NCBI RefSeq assembly: GCF_009914755.1
Contig: NC_060929.1
From: the human T2T-CHM13v2.0 reference genome, Homo sapiens
DNA: 64,000 bases
Strand: one strand, 5' to 3'
Of this stretch, positions 33,101 to 48,655 are shown one piece after another. A program made the translations under genes and the position numbers. Every line of letters starts with the position of its first letter. The first letter of the stretch is position 1. The notes beneath the pieces were generated by a model that saw only the letters and a list, made by a program, of their open reading frames with translations, was not told the DNA's origin and searched no databases.

Positions 33101-33664
33101 CTAAGAAGCAGACTCAACATGCAATAAGTAGAAAGCTAATACCTTTTGAAGTACATTTACTGGCGGAAATTGCAGCTAAACTTTTCTTATGTTTGAAAAT
33201 TGTTTACTTTCAATAAGGTGGCCCCCTTAAACCTAACACCTCCTCTCCTCAGGTTTTATTCCCTTCAGAAGTTTATAAAGTATGTAGAGCTGGTAAGCCT
33301 GGAAAATGAATCAAGAATATAAAAAGGTATTGTGAAGCAACAGTATATCCTGCAGGAATAGTGCTCATCGTGGCTGACTGACAATTTGCCTGATGCAAAT
33401 TGTCAAATGTATTTGTCATAATGTCATTCTTCCTCCCTCCTTTAAAATGTCAAACAAGCACAGGTTTAGGTGAATATTATAGCATGTAAATATAGAAGTC
33501 AGTTGTCTGAAAATTCCCTTTATGATATGTTTACCCTTGGCATCAAACCCCGTCCTTCTACAGTCTCTCAAATTTTATCACCTTCATTCCCACTCCCAGA
33601 CTTACCTCTAGCCTGGTGACTCCTTAAATACACTAAAGAGAAAACAGAAAAATTCTCCAGTTCA

Positions 33665-33790
33665 AATTTTGAGTCCTGGATCTGCCACTTACCTTGAGTC
33701 ATATGACCTTGGGGAAGCTACTTCACCTTTCTGAGCAACAGCTTCTCACTCCTACAACATGTACGGTGCTGCTAAGAATACCTACTCTAC
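33665..33790 (+). mobile_element. MIR
   Basis: gagtcctggatctgccacttac ... tgaccttggggaagctacttcacc. Confidence 0.65.
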
Positions 33791-34240
33791 AAGGCCTTGC
33801 TTGTGAAGGCCTAATGGGGTGATAGGTGTGACAGCGCCAAGTGAGTCACAGAGCACAACACAAATGCAAGTGGCTATTATCGCTAGTTCAGTTACTTTTC
33901 TTTGTTGACCATGAGGTTCTGAGAGCCACAGCACCTGGGAGTCCCATAAAAGGACAAATTGAATCACTGATTTTCTCAATGTATGGAAAGCCCAAGGAAA
34001 ACTGGACTCGTCAACTCATCATCAACCGTAGGATGCAATTTTCAGCTTAGAGATGTATAAAGTAATACTGAACATCAACAAATGCTTGATCGAGACCATA
34101 CAAATCTTGGCCAGTAGGGGTCTCTGAACATTGCACACTGAAGCTCTTTATTAAAACTAATGTAATCTAATTACTTAAATCATCTAATCTGGGTATTTTG
34201 TTCAAAAGTCTGTGCACCTGAGTTGAAATGTTCTGTTTCA

Positions 34241-34403
34241 GCTGGGCACGGGGGCTCATGCCTGTAATCCTGACAGTCTGAGAGGATGAGGCAGGCGAAT
34301 TGCTTGAGCTCAACATGGTGAGCGTGGTGGGTATGGTGGCATGCACCTGTGGTGCCAGCTACTCAGGAGGCTGAGGCAGGAGGATCGCTCGAACTAGGAG
34401 GAA
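34241..34403 (+). mobile_element. Abbreviated AluJ-like element (~160 bp) with 16-bp TSD AAATGTTCTGTTTCAG
   Basis: Alu 5' end, internal deletions and a partial right arm; TSD at 34226-34241 and 34404-34419. Confidence 0.85.
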
Positions 34404-35439
34404 AAATGTTCTGTTTCAGTCCTTCATAGCATCATGACTTTTTGCCGCCCTTTAAATTAATTAAATTTTTTTTCATCTTTTCTTCTCTACTAGCTCTTTA
34501 GTTATATATTTTGAAATGTTTTAGTAGTTATCCTAGAGATTTGAATATGATTCTTACTTATTTCGGTTTACTCTAAATTGCTGCCTTTATGGCTTAAGAA
34601 TTTTATAAAAATTTATAGCTTTTTCTTCCTTTTTGCTACTGTTTTTATATTTTGTACCTCTTTTATATTATAAATGCTATAAGGTATTATTATTTTTGCT
34701 ATTTCAAACAGCCATTATTTCATTGTTCTGGCTTTATTGAGGAATAATTGACATAAATTGTCTATTTTTTTAAAAAACTCTGTTAAATAAGTAGTAATAT
34801 AAATAAATGTAAACATAACAGGATAAATAAAATCACAGTGTAGCAAGAAAGAACAGAGGGAACATTTATCCAAATAGAGCATTTCTCATTTATAGACATT
34901 CGTTCTGTTTTTCCACTCAAGCTTCACTAAAATATTCTTTTCCAAGCAAAAAGAAAAATAACTTTCTTCTGTTCCTTTTGTACTAGTCACCTCAGATTTG
35001 GTTCTAGGAAAAGGATCTCCCTGTTGATGAAAGAATGATTTATTTTCCAGTTCGTGAAATGAAACTCTTGCCAGGACTCTACCAGCAAGGCAGTTCACAC
35101 AGCAAAATCTCTGACCAGGCTTCCAGCAAGCCCCTGTTGCTCCCTCCCACTGTTGGGAGATTTACATGGTCAGGCTGAAGTTCACAGAGCCAAGTTCTTA
35201 GACACCTGAACAGGGCACTGCTCTACAGTTCCTTTTTTCCAGCGTGAAATTTATTTCTTGGAGGTAATTACCTTAACTATTCCTCAATTTCTTCATCTGC
35301 ACATTGTCTGTCTCAAAAGGGATATAGTGAAGACTGCATACATTGTCCCATTTAGAGTGCCAGCATGGTGCTTGGCATGTGGTAGAGGTACAATAAATAT
35401 AAATGACTTTCTTCTCCTTCTTGCATTTGCATAGTCAAT

Positions 35440-35945
35440 TCAATTTAATAAGCCTTGATTGAATGTGCAAGATCCAGCTAGCACGAGGAGGGGAGAAATG
35501 ATAAACACAATGGTCTTTACTCTTGAGCCATTTACACTCTAACAGGGAGAAAAAACAAGCACACAACTATCACTTGAAGCAGAATGTGACAAGAGCCTAA
35601 GAGGGTAACAAGCAAACCTGTATGGAAGCACAGAGGAAGGAGAAAGTGTTTCAGGCTGGGGAGTTTCTGATGGTTTCATGCAGTGGGGGGCATCAGCCCT
35701 ATCTTTTAAAGAGTCCTTAGATATCTGTGGTGCAGATGGGGAAGAAGGGCTTGAAACAGTGGATGAACAGAAGGAGTAAAACCATGGGAGGCAAAGTAAA
35801 GGGTTTTAGGAAATGGAGGTGGGGGTAGACCTGGAAGTTTGAAAAGGGCTATGTATGAGGAGAGGTGCCAGAGGTTGGGCTGGAAGAGAAGAGCATGGAC
35901 AAGATTGAAACAGCATTGAATGTTGTGCACACTTTAGACCTTATA
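35440..35945 (-). mobile_element. L2 fragment (a MIR fragment lies at ~35200-35410)
   Basis: caattcaatttaataagccttgattgaatg ... tggtctttactcttgagccatttacactcta. Confidence 0.55.
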
Positions 35946-35947
35946 TC

Positions 35948-36145
35948 CAGAGCCAGGGCCTCTCGGCCTTTTCCTTGTCATGGCACACATAGAAAATAAC
36001 CATGTCTGTATAGTACACTGGGGTGAATGGATGAGCTTGCCTTTGGCTGCACCATAGCTTGGAGCTGCCCCAAATGCCGAGGGGATCAATATCTCAGCAC
36101 ATCTGTAACCAATTTGTGGCATGCCTGGATCCCATGGCACACAGG
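35948..36145 (+). mobile_element. MER117 hAT-Charlie element
   Basis: gtcatggcacacatagaaaat ... gaggggatcaatatctcagcacatctgtaacc. Confidence 0.8.
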
Positions 36146-37009
36146 GCAGAGGAGTAGAATCTCTGCTCGAAGCAATGGGGCCAAGGGAGGCTTTTTGAAC
36201 AGAGATGTTACAATACCAGAACTTCCTACTAAATTGTCAACATTCCAAACCATGGGTATATACGTCATGGCTGAAGTCCAGAAAGTAATGGATATCTACA
36301 GGGAAAAAGATATCAGTGTGCATTGGACTTCTGTTTGGCCTTCTATTTGCAAAGTGAATTGTTTAAATAAGGGTGCCTGACAATAATATCTTAATACATA
36401 GAAACACAATTTATCTCTAGCTTCCTGGTAGGAAATGCACAACTTGTAAAATCAAAACATATTTATATCTGAATGGCCTAAATCAAATTATCACTCTTCC
36501 AGAATAAGAAAGTTACAGAAATAAACTTGGTAATAATTTTTCCTAACTGCAAAATCTTTGCTTAAGTTTCGTGTTTTGGCAGAAACATATATTCTCAATT
36601 TTTCTGACACTTCTCTTTAGAGAAATTTTAAATATATACACAAAACTGAAATTTATGAAGGAAAAAGCCTTGTATCAAGCCTGAAAGAAACATCCAAGTT
36701 TTGCTTTTCAAACCACTTAGGGGTTGAGGGACTCTGTGCTTAGCCAGGCTGTTCTAACCTTTTCCAAAATCCCTATGACTTTTCAGTCATTTTGCCTTTC
36801 TTTATGTTAACCTCCATTGGTGCTTTACAGAAAGACCTGTCATGCATGAATCTAATGAGTAGGAGATAGAAAACAGAGGTGGACTCTAAAATAAAGCAGA
36901 CAGTGATATTTTTTGTCTCTATGCCATCTTTAATGAAGATGATGAAAACTAAGTTAAAATATTTAATACAGAAAAAATTAAAAATAGATATGATAATTTC
37001 TCTCTTGGA

Positions 37010-37090
37010 TTCTCTCTCTCTCCTCTCTCTTATTCTCTCTCTCTCCTCTCTCTCATTTTCTCTCTCTCTATCTCTCTCTCTCTCCCCTGC
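37010..37090. repeat. (CT)n-rich pyrimidine tract
   Basis: Seen directly. Confidence 0.9.
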
Positions 37091-37277
37091 CCTCTTATTT
37101 TAGTGGATGGAGTTTCAATTCCTACTTAGATAATGCCATCTTTCATTGTTTTATCTCAGAAGTTGAAGATATTTTTAAATAGGCCTGAACTGCTAGAAAA
37201 AAGAATTAAATATGAGTTGTCAAGTTATTACAACAAAACTACTAGACGTACTTGATATAAATACAAAGACATGCTTG

Positions 37278-38348
37278 AGGAATGGGCAAAGATTTCATAA
37301 CAAAGATGCCCAAAGCAATTGCAACAGAAGCACGAATTGACAAATGGGATCTGATTAAACTTAAGAGCTTCTGCACAGCAAAGTAAACTATCAACAGAGT
37401 AAACAGACAACCTACAGAATGGGAGAAAAATTTTGCAAACTATGCATCTGACAAAGCTCAATATCTGGCATCTATAAGGAACTTAAACAAATTTGCAAGA
37501 AAAAAAGACCCCCTTAAAAGTAGGCAAAGGACATGAACAGACACTTTTCTAAAGAAGATATACATGTGGCAAAAAAGCATATGAAAAAAAAGCTTAAGAT
37601 CAATCATTAGAGAAATGCAAATCAAAACCACAATGAGATGCCATCTCACACCAGTTAGAATGGCTATTACTAGAAAGTCCAAAAATAACAGATGCTGGCA
37701 AGGTTGAGGAGAAAAGTGAACACTTATACACTGTTGGTGGGAGTGTAAATTAGTTCAATCATTGTGGAAAGCAATATAGCAATTCCTCAAAGAGCTAAAT
37801 ACAGAAATAGCATTTGACCCGGCAATCCCATTACTGGGTATATACCCAGAGGAATATAAATCATTCTATCATAATGACACATGTGTATGTTCACTGCAGC
37901 ACTATTCACAATAGCAAATACATGGAATCAAACTAAATGCCCATCAATGGTAGACTGGATAATGAAAATGTGGTTCATATACACCATGGAATAGTATGCA
38001 GCCATAAAAAAGAAAGAGATCGTGTCATTTGCAGGAACATGGATGGAGGTGGAGGCTACCATCCTTAGCAAACTGATGCAGAAACAGAAAACCAATTCAC
38101 TTATACGTGGGAACTAAATGATAAGAACTTATGAACACAAAGAAGGACACAACAGACGCTAGGGCCTACTTGAGGGTGGAGGGTGAGAGGAAGGAAAGGA
38201 ACAGAAAAGATAACTATCCAATATTAGATTTAGTACCTGGGTGATGAAATAATCCGTCAACAAACCACCATTATATGAGTTTACCTACATAACAAACCTG
38301 CACATGTACCCCGGAAACTAAAATAAAAGTTAAAAAAAATAAAAATAA
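37278..38348 (+). mobile_element. 5'-truncated L1PA13-16-like LINE-1
   Basis: ORF2 3' end (gacaaatgggatctgattaaact) and 3'UTR (gaaaagataactat, tagtacctgggtgatgaaataatc, aaaataaaagtt). Confidence 0.9.
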
Positions 38349-38429
38349 CAAGAATTTAAAAGTTGAACTCAAAAGAAAGATCTGCTTGGATGTATATATG
38401 TAAATATATGTCTATATAAATGTACATAA

Positions 38430-38627
38430 TAATGGTGTGCTGGATGCAGCTTCTACTGGCTCAAGAAGGCCAAGGTATGTGTCTCTTCCCAGCCCTAAGT
38501 CCAGTGGCATACAGGTAGCTGTAATCATCCATGGTAGAATATTTATACCATAGAAATCATCATACAAAACTAGTTGGGGATTTTTCCCCCTGAGAACTGG
38601 TTGTTAGACATTTACCAGCACGCACTG
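38430..38627 (+). mobile_element. MER63A-like hAT-Blackjack element
   Basis: Terminal inverted repeats tggtgtgctgg ... ccagcacgcactg; ggttgttagacatttaccagcac. Confidence 0.75.
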
Positions 38628-38664
38628 AGTGTATATGCACATATGTACACCAGAGAATCTAGGT

Positions 38665-38665
38665 A

Positions 38666-38698
<33 letters not shown>

Positions 38699-38730
38699 TC
38701 ATATTCATATATGTATATATACAGATATAT
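38665..38730. repeat. (TG)n(TA)n microsatellite
   Basis: Seen directly. Confidence 0.9.
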
Positions 38731-38799
38731 GTTTTGATGGCTAAGTAGAGTGAGAACAGATGAAGACTATGAGACTTCATCATCAAGGAAACAATGTGA

Positions 38800-40380
<1,581 letters not shown>

Positions 40381-41673
40381 AAGAAGAGTGTTTTCTGGCA
40401 TCAGATTGCCAAGATCGGAGGTGCCTAGAACCCCTAAATTTCCCAGCCTGTAGAATTTTAAATCAATCTCCGAGATGTCTGCCCTTTCAAAATCACATCT
40501 TTGCTTTTTAGGACACTGCTTCTGGTTGTACTGGGTTCACTCAGACATAATATTAGCTCCTTTGCTGAGTTCCACCTAGTAAAACCTCACTCATCCTAGG
40601 GGCTTGAGAGCAAGGTAGACTTTGCTGAAGCTTTTGGGTTTGTTTGAAGGTGATGGAAAACACATTTGCAATGGAACAACACAAACAACTGCAAATTAAA
40701 TCACAACCATCACTGTCTTTGAAATGTTCCCAGCTAACCCACCAGTGAGTGGTTTGAGCTTCATGACTGGTCACATTACCTGAACCCAGCCTTGCTACAT
40801 CTTGCTGGTTCCTCTCTTCCTCTGCTGTCTCATCTTTCCCACCCTATTCAGTCTACGAAATGGAACATTATTTTAATTGCCTAGATAAACTTGCTAACAT
40901 CTCCGTTTCTAAAATGCTTAGATCTTGGTGTATAACTGACCTAGGAAGTTCTAGCCTAGAGGTCATTATGTAAGTAGGAACTGTTCACATGAAGAACAGA
41001 ATGCCGGAAGTAACAGGCTGTATAGACAGCTGGAGAAGCAGCACTGTATCACTAGGCTGAGATCAAATGACCTTCTCTCTTCCCAAGAGAGAGACAAATT
41101 CCCTTCCTTCTTCATGCAGAATTCTTCTTCTCTCTTTCGTAAAGCCTTGGTGTCAGTACCTCTAGGCTGTGGGGATCCACTATTTTTTGCTTCTTCCCTA
41201 AGGGAAATTCTGCTGTCAGCTATTAAAATAGTAATAATGTGTTTTACACCAGTCCTCCTCTTTACTGTCTCTTACCACTTTTTCATCCAAGTCAGGTTTG
41301 CATCAGATGTAGTGGGGGAAATCCTCCAGCGCCGGCAATCAGCATGCTCAGGCCATGCCATGGACTAGAGAGAAGCCAAGGTATACTAGAATGGTCACAA
41401 GGCCTTTGAAAGCCTGTAGTCATTCTGCCTTTTTAAGTGAAAAAGGCTACAAATGGCAATTATCTGCCGAAGTTGCTATAATGTTTACGACTGCCACTGA
41501 GTGAAACCAAGCTAGCTGCTTTTGCCACAGCTGATTTGACCAGAGGCTTATGCTCAATGAAAGGCAAGTGTGAATGGGCTACAGGTAAGAGGCAAGCCAG
41601 TCTCCCAAGAAGGGATGTACATGAACTCTGCAGTGAGGGCCCTCCATAATGAGTGGTGGCACACTATCCCAAT

Positions 41674-42069
41674 TGTCTTAGTCTGTTTGTGCTGCTATAA
41701 CAAAATACCTGGGTCATTTATAAACAACAGAAATGTATTATCTTACAATACTGGAGGAAGTCCAAGATTAAGGCACCTGCAGATTTGGTGTCTGATGGGG
41801 GCTGCTCTCTGCTTCTAAGAGGGTGCCTTATTGCTGCATCTTTTTATGCAGAAAGGGCAAATACAGTGTCCTCAGTTGGCAGGAAAGATGGAATGGCAAA
41901 GGGGCCTCGCTAGTTCCCTCAAACCCTTTATAAAGATACTGATATTCATGAGGACAGAGCCCATATGACTTGATCATCTCCTGAAAGTCCCACCTTTTAA
42001 TACTATAACATTCAGTCTTAGGTTCCAACATATGAATTTCGGGGAGACACATATATTCAAACTATAGCA
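41674..42069 (-). mobile_element. MST (MSTC/D-like) MaLR solo LTR with 5-bp TSD CCAAT
   Basis: tgtcttagtctgtttgtgctgctataac ... attcaaactatagca; ccaat at 41669 and 42070. Confidence 0.9.
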
Positions 42070-43442
42070 CCAATCAAATCTTTTCTTTTCTCAATCAAAT
42101 GCTAAAATCAACCAAAAGACAGTGAATGTTCTGAAATGGTTTTAATTTAATTTTGGCAATATCTACCCATATTTATTGACTTCCTTTCCTACTCGCAACT
42201 TGAATCTCTTGTCCTCTTTCTAAAATGTTTCACTGTTTGCTTAAAAGGCATACATTACTGTAGGCTCTCACAATTCAAATAGGGGACAAGAAGGTGTAGG
42301 TTTATGAAGTAGGTGGATAATCCAATGATCAAAACCATTAAAGTGGTCCTCTGTTTCAACTTGGTTAATCTGCATCTGCTGTATGGAAAGTTGAAGATAA
42401 CTTCTCTGAAAATGCGATGTCAAGATCTGTATCTAACACCTCGTGTGCACCATCTCAAATCGTCTCTGCCCTCTGTATTTCAGCCACTGCAGAGGCAACT
42501 GGGGCTTTTACAGACTTCGTGAGTCCACTTACGTTTCTCATAATTACTGATATATTTTAATTTATGTCTCCCACTATCTTTTAAAATTTTTTCTACTTAC
42601 AAATTCAGTAGAAGGTAGAAACAATTGAAAAGGATGACAACGTTTCCTTTATCCATTCTCTTTTTTATTTGGTAAGTTTTTTATTTTTCGTGGTTTAGTG
42701 TTTTTAAAACTAGCTGAATTATTCTGAGTGTAAAGTTGCTCCATCCTCCTAAGTAAATGTAAGAACATAGTTTACTCTTTGAACATTACCTCCTATTGTA
42801 ATATTGTCAAAATTTAGTTTTAGTTTTACCTTTTCTAAAACATATGTATACACACAAACATACAATTCATGATTATTTTATGTCAGTTTTTAATCAAATT
42901 TACAAACTTTAAAAGTTGATTTCTGTGTTTACAATTGTGTCTTTAACTCCACGAGTTTTCTTTGGGTTTTCTTTTCCTTTGGTTGAAGTAAAGTAGCACT
43001 TCTTTCCTTCAGGATCTATGGATGGTAAATTCCTTTAGTCTTGTATGTCTGAAAAATGCCATGATTTTGCCCTCATTCTTGAATGATAGTTTGTCTGGGT
43101 ATAAAAAGTCTTGTTGATAGTCATTTTCCCTATACATTGAAGGTATTATTCCAGTTTTCCACAGAATATATTGTTGTCAATAAGAAATCTGCTGCCAGAC
43201 CAATAACTATTTCATATCAATGGCTATTTTTTTCAGTGTAATCTGTCTTTTCATTCTGGAAACTTAAAAATTATTTTCTCCAATGTTCTGCAGTTTTATT
43301 ACACTATATCTAAGTGCGGATATATTTATTTTTATTTTTACCCTTTAGAATACATTTTTCATCTGAGAACTCCTATCCCTTTTGATTCAGCCTTTAACTC
43401 TTTATTTACTTCTTCTCTACAATCCTCCTTTATCTCTTCTTC

Positions 43443-44040
<598 letters not shown>

Positions 44041-44482
44041 TGATCTCTTCTTCAGGAATATCAATGAAGAAGAGACTGAGAGCCTCCAATATGGCTCCTC
44101 ACTGCTCATTAAGGTTTTTATCTGTCTGCGTATGCTTCATTATGGCTGAATTTCTCAGAACTATGTACTAATTCATAATTCTATCTCTGTATCCAGTTGA
44201 GGGTTTAGCTCATCTACTGAATATTTTAATAACTATCTCTCATATTTTCAAGATTTCTAACTGGTTTTCTCTCATAACCATCCATTCTTAACACATTTTT
44301 TCTTTTTTTTCTGTTCTACTCACATGCATATATACATATTCCTGTGTAAAAATTTAAGTAAGTCTAATTAGGGTCCTCAGCTTCTATAAAATTAATTCCA
44401 TATTTAGCAAATTTATGTTTCAATTGTTGATTGTATTGGATGTCTTTCTTAGCATCTATTTTGAAAGTCTGGTGCACGGCAA

Positions 44483-44780
<298 letters not shown>

Positions 44781-47119
44781 TAGGCATATTTTTTAGTGGA
44801 AAGCTTTGGGATTTTGTTTGTGTGTTTTGTTTCCTCTTTCTCTCTCTTCCTTCTCTGTGCAATCTTCTCTATTAGTGGTTTTGTAATTGATTCCTTTAGG
44901 TGCCACTGGCCCTGCACAGAGCCTGGCAGGTCAGGAATCTAGCACAGGGACAATTTTTGGAGGAAATGAAAATCCAGCCAGCCAGCCAAAGGGCAGCTTG
45001 GCTCGTAGGATTCCAAAGCTTTCTTGGACAATAGTCCCTGGCAGAGGTTTCAACCTTTTTTCACATGTGCGAAAGTCTTCCCTATTCTTTAATTTCAAAT
45101 GAGTCTGACTTCTGTTCCCTGTCTTGCACCAATTCTTTTTGTCCCCCTTATCCTTGCAGAAGTCAAACCTTAAGCTCCACCCAGAACTCAGCAGACTTTA
45201 GCCCTGCTCATGACATTTAAGTTTTTCCATTTCATGAGGATTGTTCATGGGGATATTTATCTTGTTTTTCAATCTGACAATATCTTTTTATTTTCTCAAA
45301 ATATGTTGTTAACAGCTGGAATTACTTGAACGTGGATTTATTAAGCCATTTTGAAAGGGGTCATTTACTACTTTTGTATTCAACAACATAAAGAAAAATC
45401 TACTTACATTTTTAACAGTAACATATTCCTTTTAAATGTAGCTCAACTGGAAAAAAAACTAACATGAAATGAGAATTCATTTAAATTGTTAAAGATATCT
45501 TTGTAATTGAAATGTTTAATATGTTTTTCTTTGATTAAAGTTTTTGATATCTCTGGAGACATTTTTTAAATGTTGGTGGCAATGTTATTACACAGCAATT
45601 TTGGTTCTTGCCTATTAAGTTATAAATATATTCTATTTTCAGAAAAACACTGAAACACAAAATTAAAAACTTCTTGCAATACACTGTTTATGGACTAAAT
45701 ACTAGACTGGAGATAGTAAATATAAATTTAATGACTAGTTTAGAGAACCACAAAAATATATGCCAAGATTCTCCATTTAAACCATAGGATAGGAAATTCA
45801 AAATACGTCTTATCTATGGATCTTTTGGTCAAGCTTTTTTCTAATGCAATCAGTCCTTTGGCAAAACTCATTTGAAAAAAAATTAAAAGCACTCAAAGTA
45901 ATGTGCAAAGTTTTAATTTACCCTAACATTTGATCCCAAACACATGAAAAATATTTACTTTACTTCCATTTTTTGCAAACTGCTAAAAAATAATAAAGTC
46001 TCTGAATCTAATATTAGAATTAGGAGTCAATGCACTGATTTCCTCTCTGATGAAGAATTTGATTCTTAACCAAGATAACTGCTTTCTTTGCTGTGGCTGG
46101 CTACACACACTCTCCTTCCTAATCTGAAATCTTGCTAAAGACGACTTTATGCTTCTTCGTCCAGATCTGATCAAATCTAATGTGGCCTGCAGAGGATGAA
46201 CGTGAGTATCAGTAACAGGCACATCTGCAGTCATGAAGCACCCCCAGCTCACACCTCCTTGGTACTCCTAAATGTCAGGTCACCTAACCCCAGCACACCT
46301 CCTGTCTGGCCTCTTCCTCAATGGCTAGCCCAGGGCCACATCTCCACAGATATTATTAACTAACAGTGCAGAAAGGCCCACCAGTAGATCTCTGCCTTCC
46401 CAGTAAATGGGTCACTTCTGGCAACTCTAAGTTTCTCCAGAGGGACAGTATAGGCCACAAATTGCCACATAGCTTCAGACATGCCATTTAACTCCCCACT
46501 GGAGAGTCTAGATAAAGATCTGTGTCCCAGCCTATCTGACAGCCTTGTGTAAGAATCCCAAAGGTATTATATTTAGAAGAGCTTTGAGAACTGTATTATT
46601 TTGTTATCTGTGGTTATCCATCTCTGGATATGAGGCCATCTCACCACATAATAAATAGCCTGACAGCTCAAATTTCCAGCCCTACTACTCATCATGCTCA
46701 TTGTTTTAGTCCTGAATTATATGTACCTTGGCAAAGTGAAGAGAATTATTTTTCACCTGTCATTCTGAGTCTGTTACACTACTATACACATATACAATTG
46801 AATTCATCATTATGCAATTATGTACAGAGCTGGATTTTCCTTGTGTCTGCTGAAACAGAGCTACTGTGCAATGAAAGCCAAATGCAGTTTGAAGAAGGTC
46901 CACAGTAATACAGAAAAGAGAATTCATGCCCTCTGGGTAAGGCAGCTCATCACCCAGACATATATCAACAGGAGGGCAACCTTTGGAGCAATCTCTGCTC
47001 CATGGGACTTAGAGTTCTTAGTTTTGAAGGCTTGGACATTTGATTTTGTTGTCACTCAGATATGATCAGGTTTTAGGAGACTGAGATTACCCATTACCTA
47101 ATGCAGAGCAAACCAATAA

Positions 47120-47715
47120 TTCAGTTAGGATGATTTTCGCTGCAATTAATACAAAATCCCAACTATCCTTCTGATTGGGGCAAATGGAAAAAATAAAAAT
47201 ATAAAAGGAAATTTAAAAAAAGAAAATCCCAACTAAACTGGTTTAATCTATGATCTAGAATTACAATATAACCTTTTATGCTATACTGAGGATTAAAAGC
47301 CCAAAGGCAGAGCAGGCGCTGGCTCCCTTCATCTACCTCCTCTTTGGCCCTACTCACCTCTGTGTGTTGCTTGTCTTCCAGCTGGGAGCAAGATGGCTGC
47401 CAAGCCACCCAAGCACAACTATATCCAATGGAGAAGAAGGGCTTTTCTTTTTTTGTGATCATTTGCAGGACTCCACACCACCACACTTCTAGTAGGTCTC
47501 ATTTGGTAGACTTGGGCAAGTTAGACACCCCCAACTAATCCTCGGCAAGTAGAACAACACAATTATCATGAGTGATGTGGGAGATGCATCAGGCTTTATC
47601 CCTGAACTGAGGGTAGGGTAGTCTTCCTTGAGGGTAGTTACTTAAACGATGCTGCACTTTTACTAGCAAATGATAAGAAGAAAATGGCTCCTGGGTAGAC
47701 AGCTAAGGGTGTCTA
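47120..47715 (-). mobile_element. MLT1K/L-like old MaLR LTR
   Basis: cagttaggatg ... cccaactaaactggttta ... caagatggctgcc ... ctgggtagacagcta. Confidence 0.6.
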
Positions 47716-47809
47716 TTAAGTTGCCAAAGTTTTCATCCATAAAAACAAGGAGAAATAAAACTATCAAGCATCAGTCCCTAATTTCGCTGATCAGTAGCAA
47801 ATCCAGGTT

Positions 47810-48655
47810 TCTAGCCCCAATCTCTACTGAGTTACAGAGCTGTGTTTCTAAACATCTCTATTTGTATGATCTGTAGGTGCTTATCATGTCTAAAATAGAA
47901 TTTATATGATTTCATTCTCAGTCCCCAACTTACATCCTCCCCAAACACCCAAACATTTTCCCCCCACATCCTCCCAGACATCCAAAATCAAAGATAAAAA
48001 CCCATCCTCAGCTTTTCCCCCTCCTTTGACCCACATCCAATTGCTCACCAAATCCTGTTGATTCTATCTCCTAAATATCTTTTAAATCTTTTTTTTAAGG
48101 ACCGAAGTCAGATCAGTGGTCTTCAAAACTGTTCATCTTGCTTCTTTTCTACCTCTTCTTCCTGTACATAGGCCATTATCACCACTGTTTCATTCTCAGC
48201 TTCTTCCTGCTGGCTATGGAAGAAAATTCACCTCCTTAATATAGCACCATAGACTTTCCACAGTCTGTCTTGAATCTGCCTCTGCAGCTTCATCTTAAAT
48301 TTCTCTGTCACCTAGACCCATGCATCATACAGATGACTTGAAATTCCCCACACGTGCCATAATCTCACAAATCTCCATGACTTTGCCTTTGCTGTTCCCT
48401 CTGCCTCATACTTCTTCGACCTACACAATTCCTCGTCAAACCCCTACAAATATCAGTTCACTTTCTCTAAGATGCTTCCCTGAATCCCTGGTAGACCTGC
48501 ACACACCTCACTTCAGAGCTTATCCTACTCTATTATCCTCTCTCTATGACTGTCTGTCCTTCTCCTGAACTGTGAGCTCCCTTTTTTTCATTTTTGTAGA
48601 TCCACTATTTGGTTCACAGAAGGCAGTTAGTAAATTTATTGAATGAATAAATCAG
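47810..48655 (+). mobile_element. L2 LINE
   Basis: ccacatccaattgctcaccaaatcctgttgattctatctcctaaatatc ... taaatttattgaatgaataaat. Confidence 0.75.
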
